Below are positions 40,901 to 51,903 of a stretch of 64,000 nt of DNA, one piece after another. Each line of letters opens with the position of its first letter. The first letter of the stretch is position 1. The notes below the pieces were generated by a model. That model saw only the letters and a program-made list of their open reading frames with translations. It did no database searches and had not been told where the DNA came from. The translations under genes were made by a program, and so were the position numbers. Source of the stretch: Macrostomum lignano (Eukaryota); NCBI GenBank assembly GCA_002269645.1, contig NIVC01001115.1, forward strand, positions 187,403 through 251,402, read 5' to 3'.

Positions 40901-43900
40901 AAGCGTAATGTAAAAAATCATAGAAGCGTCATGTAAACAATCATAGAAGCGTCATGTAAAAAATCATAGAAGCGTCATGAAAAAATAATAGAAGCGTCAT
41001 GTAAAAAATCATAGAAGCGTCATGTAAACAATCATAGAAGCGTCATGTAAAAAATCATAGAAGCGTCATGAAAAAATCATAGAAGCGTCATGTAAAAAAT
41101 CATAGAAGCGTCATGTAAACAATCGTAGAATCGCCATGTAAAAATCGTAAAAGCGTTATATAAAAATCATGGAAGTGTAATGTAAAAAATCATAGAAGCG
41201 TCATGTAAACAATCATAGAAGCGTCATGTAAAAAATCATAGAAGCGTCATGCAAACAATCATAGAAGCGTCATGTAAAAATCATAGAAGCGTCATGAAAA
41301 AATCATAGAAGCGTCATGTAAACAATCATAGAAGCGTCATGCAAACAATCATAGAAGCGTCATGTAAACAATCATAGAAGCGTCATGTAAAAGTCAAAAT
41401 AGCGTCATAAAAATCATAGAAGCGTCATAAAAAATCATCGAAGTGACATGAAAAAATCATAGAAGCGTAATGTAAAAAATCATAGAAGCGTCATGAAAAA
41501 ATCATAGAAGTGACATGAAAAAACCATTAATGCGTCATGTAAAAAATCATGGAAGCGTCATGCAAAAATCATAGAAGCGTCATAAAAAACCATAGAAGCG
41601 TCATGTAAACAAGCATAGAAGCGTCATGTAAAAATCATAGAAGCGTCATGCAAAATTCATAGAAGCGTCATGAAAAAATCATAGAAGCGTCATGTAAACA
41701 ATCATAGAAGCGTCATGTAAAAATCATAGAAGCGTCATGTAAAAAATCATAGAAGCGTCATGTAAACAATCATAGAAGCGTCATGTAAACAATCATAGAA
41801 GCGTCATGAAAAAATCATAGAAGCGTCATGTAAAAAAGCATAAAAGCGTCATTAAAAATCATAGAAGCGTCATGCAAACAATCATAGTAGCGTCATGTAA
41901 AAATCATAGAAGCGTCATGCAGACAATCATAGTAGCGTCATTTAAAAAATCATAGAAGCGTCATGTAAACAATCATAGAAGCGTCATGTAAAAGTCAAAA
42001 TAGCGTCATAAAAAATCATAGAAGCGTCATAAAAAATCATCGAAGTGACATGAAAAAATCATAGAAGCGTAATGTAAAAAATCATAGAAGCGTCATGAAA
42101 AAATCATAGAAGTGACATGAAAAAACCATTAATGCGTCATGTAAAAAATCATGGAAGCGTCATGCAAAAATCATAGAAGCGTCATGAAAAAATCATAGAA
42201 GCGTCATGTAAAAATCATAGAAGCGTCATGTAAAAATCATAGAAGCGTCATGTAAAAAATCATAGAAGCGTCATGTAAACAATCATAGAAGCGTCATGTA
42301 AACAATCATAGAAGCGTCATGAAAAAATCATAGAAGCGTCATGTAAAAAAAGCATAAAAGCGTCATGTAAGAAATCATAGAAGCGTCATGTAAACAATCA
42401 TAGAAGCGTCATAAAAAACCATAGAAGCGTCATGTAAACAAGCATAGAAGCGTCATGTAAAAATCATAGAAGCGTCATGCAAAATTCATAGAAGCGTCAT
42501 GAAAAAATCATAGAAGCGTCATGTAAAAATCATAGAAGCGTCATGTAAAAATCATAGAAGCGTCATGTAAAAAATCATAGAAGCGTCATGTAAACAATCA
42601 TAGAAGCGTCATGTAAACAATCATAGAAGCGTCATGAAAAAATCATAGAAGCGTCATGTAAAAAAAGCATAAAAGCGTCATGTAAACAATCATAGAAGCG
42701 TCATGTAAACAATCATAGAAGCGTCATAAAAAAACCATAGAAGCGTCATGTAAACAAGCATAGAAGCGTCATGTAAAAATCATAGAAGCGTCATGTAAAC
42801 AAGCATAGAAGCGTCATGTAAACAATCATAGAAGCGTCATGTAAACAATCATAGAAGCGTCATGTAAAAATCATAGAAGCGTCATGTAAAAAAATCATAG
42901 AAGCGTCATGTAAACAAGCATAGAAGCGTCATGTAAAAATCAAAGAAGCGTCATGTAAACAATCATAGAAGCGTCATGTAAACAATCATAGAAGCGTCAT
43001 AAAAAAACCATAGAAGCGTCATGTAAACAAGCATAGAAGCGTCATGTAAACAATCATAGAAGCGTCATGTAAACAATCATAGAAGCGTCATGTAAAAAAT
43101 CATAGAAGCGTCATGTAAACAATCATAGAAGCGTCATGTAAACAATCATAGAAGCGTCATGTAAACAATCATAAAAGAGTCATGTAAACAATCATAGAAG
43201 CGTCATGTAAACAATCATAGAAGCGTCATGTAAACAATCATTGAAGCGTCATAAAAGAACCATAGAAGCGTCATGTAAACAAGCATAGAAGCGTCATGTA
43301 AAAATCATAGAAGCGTCATGTAAACAATCATAGAAGCGTCATGTAAACAATCATAGAAGCGTCATGTAAACAATCATAGAAGCGTCATGTAAAAATCATA
43401 GAAGCGTCATTTAAAAAATCATAGAAGCGTCATGTAAACAAGCATAGAAGCGTAATGTAAAAATCAAAGAAGCGTCATGTAAACAATCATAGAAGCGTCA
43501 TGTAAACAATCATAGAAGCGTCATAAAAAAACCATAGAAGCGTCATGTAAACAATCATAGAAGCGTCATAAAAAAAACCATAGAAGCGTCATGTAAACAA
43601 GCATAGAAGCGTCATGTAAACAATCATAGAAGCGTCATGTAAACAATCATAGAAGCGTCATGAAAAAATCATAGAAGCGTCATGTAAAAAAAGCATAAAA
43701 GCGTCATGTAAGAAATCATAGAAGCGTCATGTAAACAATCATTGAAGCGTCATAAAAGAACCATAGAAGCGTCATGTAAACAAGCATAGAAGCGTCATGT
43801 AAAAATCATAGAAGCGTCATGTAAACAATCATAGAAGCGTCATGTAAACAATCATAGAAGCGTCATGTAAACAATCATAGAAGCGTCATGTAAAAATCAT

Positions 43901-46900
43901 AGAAGCGTCATGTAAAAAAATCATAGAAGCGTCATGTAAACAAGCATAGAAGCGTAATGTAAAAATCAAAGAAGCGTCATGTAAACAATCATAGAAGCGT
44001 CATGTAAACAATCATAGAAGCGTCATAAAAAAACCATAGAAGCGTCATGTAAACAATCATAGAAGCGTCATAAAAAAACCATAGAAGCGTCATGTAAACA
44101 AGCATAGAAGCGTCATGTAAACAATCATAGAAGCGTCATGTAAACAATCATAGAAGCGTCGTGAAAAAATCATAGAAGCGTCATGTAAAAAAAGCATAAA
44201 AGCGTCATGTAAGAAATCATAGAAGCGTCATGTAAACAATCATAGAAGCGTCATAAAAAACCATAGAAGCGTCATGTAAACAAGCATAGAAGCGTCATGT
44301 AAAAATCATAGAAGCGTCATGCAAAATTCATAGAAGCGTCATGAAAAAATCATAGAAGCGTCATGTAAAAATCATAGAAGCGTCATGTAAAAATCATAGA
44401 AGCGTCATGTAAAAAATCATAGAAGCGTCATGTAAACAATCATAGAAGCGTCATGTAAACAATCATAGAAGCGTCATGAAAAAATCATAGAAGCGTCATG
44501 TAAAAAAGCATAAAAGCGTCATGTAAAAAATCATAGAAGCGTCATGTAAACAATCATAGAAGCGTCATAAAAAAACCATAGAAGCGTCATGTAAACAAGC
44601 ATAGAAGCGTCATGTAAAAATCATAGAAGCGTCATGTAAACAAGCATAGAAGCGTCATGTAAACAATCATAGAAGCGTCATGTAAACAATCATAGAAGCG
44701 TCATGTAAAAATCATAGAAGCGTCATGTAAAAAAATCATAGAAGCGTCATGTAAACAAGCATAGAAGCGTCATGTAAAAATCAAAGAAGCGTCATGTAAA
44801 CAATCATAGAAGCGTCATGTAAACAATCATAGAAGCGTCATAAAAAACCATAGAAGCGTCATGTAAACAAGCATAGAAGCGTCATGTAAACAATCATAGA
44901 AGCGTCATGTAAACAATCATAGAAGCGTCATGTAAAAAATCATAGAAGCGTCATGTAAACAATCATAGAAGCGTCATGTAAACAATCATAGAAGCGTCAT
45001 GTAAACAATCATAAAAGAGTCATGTAAACAATCATAGAAGCGTCATGTAAACAATCATAGAAGCGTCATGTAAACAATCATTGAAGCGTCATAAAAGAAC
45101 CATAGAAGCGTCATGTAAACAAGCATAGAAGCGTCATGTAAAAATCATAGAAGCGTCATGTAAACAATCATAGAAGCGTCATGTAAACAATCATAGAAGC
45201 GTCATGTAAACAATCATAGAAGCGTCATGTAAACAATCATAGAAGCGTCATGTAAACAATCATAGAAGCGTCATGTAAAAATCATAGAAGCGTCATGTAA
45301 AAATCAAAGAAGCGTCATGTAAACAATCATAGAAGCGTCATGTAAACAATCATAGAAGCGTCATAAAAAAACCATAGAAGCGTCATGTAAACAATCATAG
45401 AAGCGTCATAAAAAAACCATAGAAGCGTCATGTAAACAAGCATAGAAGCGTCATGTAAACAATCATAGAAGCGTCATGTAAACAATCATAGAAGCGTCAT
45501 GTAAAAAATCATAGAAGCGTCATGTAAACAATCATAGAAGCGTCATGTAAACAATCATAGAAGCGTCATGTAAAAAATCATAGAAGCGTTATGTAAACAA
45601 TCATAGAAGCGTCATGTAAACAATCATAGAAGCGTCATGTAAACAATCATAGAAGAGTCATGTAAACAATCATAGAATCGTCATGTAAACAAGCATAGAA
45701 GCGTCATGTAAACAAGCATAGAAGCGTCATGTAAAAAATCATAAAAGCGTCATGTAAAAAATCATAAAAGCGTCATTTAAAAAATCATAGTTGCGTCATG
45801 TAAAAATCATAGAAGCGTCATGCAAACAATAATAGAAGCGTCATGGTAAAATCATAGAAGCGTCATGCAAACAATCATAGAAGCCTCATATAAAAACTAA
45901 TGAAAGTGTCATTTAAAAAATTAAGAAGAATAATGGAAGAATAAAAGAAGCGTCATGTAAAAATCAAAAGAAGCGCCATGTCAGACATGAAAGGTGTCAT
46001 ATAAAAATTAAATGAAGCTATAGTACAGTGCTGTGCTGGGGAGAATTACTGAGACGTCAAGGCTCACAGAGAATAACTGAGATTACAGGTGGGGGGGGTT
46101 TCTGAGATGTCAAAGCAAAAGTCAGAAGCTACTTCAAAGTTCATGTACTTTACTCAATTTTTATTACATTCATTGTTGGCTCGCCACAGGGGGGGCGCTG
46201 ATAGAAGCAGAGTCATGTAAAAAATAAAAGTAGCACTATGTATACATATAAGAAAAGTCATGTCGAAGTTAAAAGATTCATTTGGGAATTGCTACAATGT
46301 CAAAGCTTGGTGGAAATCGTTATAGTGCTGTGATTCTTAAAGAAGGAAACACTAAAATGCCAAGGCTTAGGGGAGAAGAATTGCTGAGATTTCAAGGCTT
46401 TAGGTTGGGTTAAAGTTAGGTTTAGGTCAGGTGTGGGTTGAGGGTTATATTTTATCGGGTTTCAAGGTTAACAGGGGATTTTTTTAGATTTCAAGATTTA
46501 TGGGGGGCATCGCTGACATGTCAAGGCTTACGGGGGGAATAGCTGAGATGTCAAGGCTCACGGGGGTATAAATGAGATTTCAAGGCTAAAGTCAGAAGCT
46601 ACATGTAGTTTAATGAAAACTTTTTATTACATTTTTTGTTGGCTCCTCAGGGCTCACTGATAGAAAAAGCATAATGTAAAAAATAAAAGAAGCTTCATGT
46701 CGAAGCGAAGAGATTCATTTGGGAATCCCTACGAGGGAATCGCTATAACGCTGTAGTAGTGCTATAATGACTCAGAATTACTGAAATTTCAATGCTTTAG
46801 GGTTAGGTTAGGGTTAGGGTTAGGGTTAGGCTAGGGTTAGGGTTAGGCTAGGGTTAGGGTTAGAAGGTTGACAGATTTTTTTAGACTTCAAGGCTTATTT

Positions 46901-48597
46901 GGGGCATCGCTGAGATGTCAAGGGGGGAGTTGATTTGTTAAAGCTTGTGGGGGGAATTACTGACATTTCAAGGCTTACAAGGGACTTCTGAGGTATATTG
47001 CAAAGAGATGTTACATGTAGTTTATTACAAAACTTGTACTGTATTTTTGGCTCCCTAACGCTAAGATACTAAGCTAAAAAATACTACTAGCTCTTCACAA
47101 ACTTATGCAGATGTCAGGCTGTAGGGTTAGTGTTAGGGTTGGTATTAGGGTTTAGGTTTAGGGTTAGGTTCAGGGTTATTGCGTTAAGATTCGGGTTAGG
47201 GTTAGGGTTAGGGTAGCTTATAACTTGGCTCATTTAGCTTATTAAAAATGTTTATCATGGAAGCATCATGCAAAAATAATGGAAGCGTCATGCAAAAACA
47301 ATGGAAGCGTCATGCCAAAAATCATAGAAGCATCGATCATGCAAAAACTCATGGACAAAATATTGAATTTAGGGTTTTGGTTAGGGTTAGAATTTTGACA
47401 GGAGATTTTTTAAGATTTCAAGGCTACATGTAGCTTATTAAAAATACGTGTATTGCATTTCTTTGGCTCCCCAACGGGGGGCGTAGATTGCTAGTTATTT
47501 TTAAAAATCAACGACCGACATTGTTTTAATGTCGGACAATGTCGGTCAAGGAGGGTCAATGTGGGTCAATGTCAGTCAGTGTGGGTCAAGGTCGGTCAGT
47601 GTGGGTCAAGGTTGGTCAGTGTGGGTCAAGGTCGGTCAGTGTAGGTCAAGGTCGGTCAGTGTGGTTCAAGGTCGGTCAGTGTGGGTCAAGGTCGGTCAAG
47701 AAGGGTCAAGGTCGGAAATTATTTTTAAAAATCAACGACCGACATTGTTTTAATGTCGGACAATGTCGGTCAAGGAGGGTCAATGTGGGTCAATGTCAGT
47801 CAGTGTGGGTCAAGGTCGGTCAGTGTGGGTCAAGGTTGGTCAGTGTGGGTCAAGGTCGGTCAGTGTAGGTCAAGGTCGGTCAGTGTGGTTCAAGGTCGGT
47901 CAGTGTGGGTCAAGGTCGGTCAGTGTGGGTCAAGGTCGGTCAGTGTGGGTCAAGGTCGGTTAGTGTGGGTCAAGGTCGGTCAGTGTGGGTCAAGGTCGGT
48001 TAGTGTGGGTCAAGGTCGGTCAGTGTGGGTCAATGTCAGTCAGTGTGGGTCAAGGTCGGTCAGTGTGGGTCAAGGTCGGTCAGTGTGGGTCAAGGTCGGT
48101 CAGTGTGGGTCAAGGTCGGTCAAGGTGAGCATGGCGGGCCAAATTGAGTCAGGGTTCGAGGTGAGTCATGGTGGTCCAGGCAGCATAAAACTAGGTCCAT
48201 CCCCAAGTCTTACCAGTTTATCCCACTTTTTAGCCTGTGCAATTAGAACGACATTTTTGTCCGAATAGCCGTTCACAAGGGCTGTAGAGAATAAGTATTT
48301 TGCAACAAAAAGTAGCTAATAATTATCGCTAATTTGGCTAAATAAAAAGTACATCACAAAAGTTCAAGCCAGACTTACGCATGGCTGGCTTCAAATCTTC
48401 AGAGTATTGCTGTTGAGTGCAGGACGACTGTAAAAGGAAAATAATTTGGCATACAGATGAAATTTTCCGCTTTAATATATGCATCAAATTTGAAATCAGA
48501 AGCTCACTCGATTGACTTTTGCATGCCGAGCGAAACTGTCGGGCGAGAATGACGGTAAATCCGTCAGTAGGGGGCTGGGATGACCGGATGGGGCAGC
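13926..48597 (-). CDS. Divergent DDA1-like paralog; exons 48597-48508, 48427-48379, 48281-48214 and terminal exon from 14261/14228/14216 to 13926; ATG exon not found
   Basis: AAPSGHPSPLLTDLPSFSPDSFARHAKVNR|SSCTQQQYSEDLKPAM|PLVNGYSDKNVVLIAQAKKWDKL|..RKRPRLALRNTRRYGNN*. Canonical splice sites join in phase (0,1,0), matching the neighbouring DDA1 gene. It retains LxDLPS..F, P(L/I)VN and WDK motifs. Linking the terminal exon across 34 kb is inferred. Confidence 0.6.
14285..14387. repeat. GGTCAA-type repeat, left half of the Helitron target region
   Basis: Ends tcggtcaagaagggtcaaggtcggaaa, identical to 47692-47718. Confidence 0.85.
14388..21053 (+). mobile_element. Non-autonomous Helitron unit 1 (divergent subfamily)
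   Basis: Starts TC after A. 5' module ..atactaaatctctaatatttgtttgtatg..caccgatttt resembles the other units. Ends with hairpin ctccccagcggggggc plus CTAG (21050-21053). Contains ggaattgctgagatgtcaaggcttact arrays and an internal duplication of about 1.4 kb. Confidence 0.8.
21054..27381 (+). mobile_element. Non-autonomous Helitron unit 2
   Basis: 5' TCCTATATACTAAAAATG; 3' tcccccatcggggggcaaagattgCTAG. Internal agagccaccatgtcaaacattaa array and short gatgcttgctatctgggg array. Confidence 0.9.
23637..24668. mobile_element. hAT-like MITE with about 295-bp terminal inverted repeats and 8-bp TSD
   Basis: TSD CAAACATA on both sides. Ends CAAGGACTTCTAGAC...GTCTAGAAGTCCTTG; inverted match 23637-23933 vs 24374-24668. 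The empty site is seen at about 22685. Confidence 0.92.
27382..27555 (+). mobile_element. 174-bp truncated Helitron 5' stub
   Basis: Matches the start of unit 5 (35541 onward) and breaks at ggcattaaa, where the intact copy continues with t. Confidence 0.85.
27556..31615 (+). mobile_element. Non-autonomous Helitron unit 3
   Basis: A|TCCTATATACTAAAAATG start; hairpin cccccatcggggggc plus CTAG at 31612-31615. Confidence 0.9.
31616..35540 (+). mobile_element. Non-autonomous Helitron unit 4 with expanded 19-20-bp gatgcttgctatctggggg array (34370-35400)
   Basis: Same termini; CTAG at 35537-35540. Confidence 0.9.
35541..39338 (+). mobile_element. Non-autonomous Helitron unit 5 with 22-23-bp tagaagcgtcatgtaaacaatca array (36170-38700)
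   Basis: Same 5' module; hairpin ctccccaacggggggc plus CTAG at 39335-39338. Confidence 0.9.
39339..47494 (+). mobile_element. Non-autonomous Helitron unit 6 with about 6-kb tagaagcgtcatgtaaacaatca array (39950-45990)
   Basis: 5' TCCTATATACTAAAAATG; terminal hairpin plus CTAG at 47491-47494, followed by the host T. Confidence 0.9.
47495..48125. repeat. 20-bp cagtgtgggtcaaggtcggt minisatellite within a 224-bp higher-order duplication
   Basis: Blocks start ttatttttaaaaatcaacgacc at 47495 and 47719. Confidence 0.92.
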
Positions 48598-49429
48598 CTG
48601 CAATGAGAATTGGCTGGGTAAATTCAAGTTAACAGCCGCTGCCAGATAGAGCCACAGATTATAGAATCTGTGGATAGAGCTAACTATGCGCTTGATTGGC
48701 TTTTATTGTCTATGGGGATTCTCGGCTTGATTATTAACTTGATTGAGGAGCAGCCGAAATCCTACAGAATAGACTGGTTTGGGCCATAGACATCTGTCGG
48801 CATATATTTGACAACAAATCTCTCTATGGCCATCAGTAGCAAGTTTTTGATGTTGAAGTCGGAAATTCCTGTGTTGTCTATGGTCCAACCTACCCTTATT
48901 CTGTTTTAGCACGATAAAACTCAAAGGACTACTCAAGTAGGATGGGGAAGTATATTTCTTAACCACCGGCCCTACTTCAGCCTGGCAGGATACAAAAACT
49001 TTAACCGCCGCTTATTATTCTTGCTACTATTAGTAGAATAAAACAGAAACAAGACTAAAGACACTTTGAAACAAAGAAAACTAAAAAGTGATGACGATTA
49101 CTAGATGAAACAGTCCCAATATTATATTTTTTGTAAACAAAAAATGAACCAAACAAACATCAGAGAAAAACTTAAAGTTTAAAATTTGCAAAGGAGTGCG
49201 TATGCATATCAGCAAGCGGTTGTACTAATGGAGAAAACTTATAATATGCAAACAGCATATGGATGAACAAAATGTAAAAAAAACAAGGATATGACATGTA
49301 AAAAGGTAGGTACGGCTCATATTCACGTAAAACATGTACCGTATAAGTGAGAATAAACGCAACGAATGGTTACGCATTTTAGAGACATTTGAATGTTAGA
49401 GTTGCACTCTAATAAACTGTATCAAGACC

Positions 49430-51790
49430 GATTATCACCAGGGCGATTCTCACGGTAGATTAAGGGCGATTCTCATGGTTTATTAATGACGATTCTCACG
49501 GTAGATTAAGGGCGATTCTCATGGTTTATTAATGACGATTCTCAAGGTAGATTAAGGGCGATTCTCATGGTTGATTAATGACGATTCTCATGGTTGATTA
49601 AGGACGATTCTCATGGTTTATTAATGACGATTCTCATGGTATATTAATGACGATTCTCATGGTTAATTAATGACGATTCTCATGGTTGATTAATGACGAT
49701 TCTCAAGGTAGATTAAGGGCGATTCTCATGGTTTATTAATGACGATTCTCATGGTTGATTAAGGACGATTCTCATGGTTTATTAATGACGATTCTCATGG
49801 TTTATTAATGACGATTCTCATGGTTTATTAATGACGATTCTCAAGGTAGATTAAGGGCGATTCTCATGGTTTATTAATGACTATTCTCACGGTAGATTAA
49901 GGGCGATTCTCATGGTTTATTAATGACGATTCTCAAGGTAGATTAAGGGCGATTCTCATGGTTTATTAATGACGATTCTCAAAGTAGATTAAGGGCGATT
50001 CTCATGGTTTATTAATGACGATTCTCATGGTTGATTAATGACTATTCTCACGGTAGATTAAGGGCGATTCTCTTGGTTTATTAATGACGATTCTCAAGGT
50101 AGATTAAGGACGATTCTCATGGCAGATTAATGACGATTCTCATGGTTGATTAAGGGCGATTCTAATGGTTGATTAATGACGATTCTCATGGTTGATTAAT
50201 GACGATTCTCATGGTTTATTAATGACGATTCTCATGGTTTATTAATGACGATTCTCATGGTTGATTAAGGGCGATTCTCATGGTTGATTAATGACGATTC
50301 TCATGGTTTATTAATGACGATTCTCATGGTTGATTAATGACTATTCTCACGGTAGATTAAGGGCGATTCTCTTGGTTTATTAATGACGATTCTCATGGTT
50401 GATTAATGACGATTCTCATGGTTGATTAATGACGATTCTCATGGTTTATTAAGGACGATTCTCATGGTTTATTAATGACGATTCTCATGGTTTATTAATG
50501 ACGATTCTCATGGTTTATTAATGACGATTCTCATGGTTGATTAATGACTATTCTCACGGTAGATTAAGGGCGATTCTCATGGTTTATTAATGACGATTCT
50601 CACGGTAGATTAAGGGCGATTCTCATGGTTGATTAATGACGATTCTCATGGTTTATTAATGACGATTCTCATGGTTGATTAATGACGATTCTCATGGTTG
50701 ATTAATGACTATTCTCAAGGTAGATTAAGGGCGATTCTCATGGTTTATTAATGACGATTCTCAAGGTAGATTAAGGGCGATTCTCATGGTTTATTAATGA
50801 CGATTCTCATGGTTGATTAATGACGATTCTCATGGTTTATTAATGACGATTCTCATGGTTGATTAATGACTATTCTCACGGTAGATTAAGGGCGATTCTC
50901 TTGGTTTATTAATGACGATTCTCAAGGTAGATTAAGGGCGATTCTCATGGTTTATTAATGACGATTCTCAAGATAGATTAAGGGCGATTCTCATGGTTTA
51001 TTAATGACGATTCTCAAGGTAGATTAAGGGCGATTCTCATGGTTTATTAATGACGATTCTCAAGGTAGATTAAGGGCGATTCTCATGGTTTATTAATGAC
51101 GATTCTCAAGGTAGATTAAGGGCGATTCTCATGGTTTATTAATGACGATTCTCATGGTTTATTAATGACGATTCTCATGGCTGATTAATGACTATTCTCA
51201 CGGTAGATTAAGGGCGATTCTCATGGTTTATTAATGACGATTCTCAAGGTAGATTAAGGGCGATTCTCATGGTTTATTAATGACGATTCTCAAGGTAGAT
51301 TAAGGGCGATTCTCATGGCAGATTAATGACGATTCTCATGGTTGATTAAGGACGATTCTCATGGTTGATTAATGACGATTCTCATGGTTTATTAATGACG
51401 ATTCTCATGGTTTATTAATGACGATTCTCATGGTTGATTAATGACTATTCTCACGGTAGATTAAGGGCGATTCTCATGGTTTATTAATGACGATTCTCAA
51501 GGTAGATTAAGGGCGATTCTCATGGCAGATTAATGACGATTCTCATGGTTGATTAAGGGCGATTCTCATGGCAGATTAATGACGATTCTCAAGGTAGATT
51601 AAGGGCGATTCTCATGGTTTATTAATGACGATTCTCAAGGTAGATTAAGGGCGATTCTCATGGCAGATTAAGGGCGATTTTCACGGCAGATTAAAGGCGA
51701 TTTTCACGGCAGATTACGGGCGATTCTCACGGTATATTAAGGGCGATTCTTACGGTAAATCAAGGGCGATTCTCATGGTAGGTCAAGAGT
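49430..51790. repeat. 23-bp minisatellite with two alternating variants (gacgattctcatggtttattaat / gggcgattctcacggtagattaa)
   Basis: 23-bp period, about 100 copies. Confidence 0.95.
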
Positions 51791-51903
51791 CAATTACAAG
51801 GGTAGATTAAGGACAACACAGTCCTAAGACAAGAACATAAAATATAGTGTTTATTAGAAACATTTATCCACAAATGTTCAACAAAAAATCCAACTAAATT
51901 TGT

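Noticed and set aside
46797-46863. True telomere or chromosome fusion site
   Set aside because: Short, interrupted, single-orientation tracts repeated at homologous positions in Helitron units.
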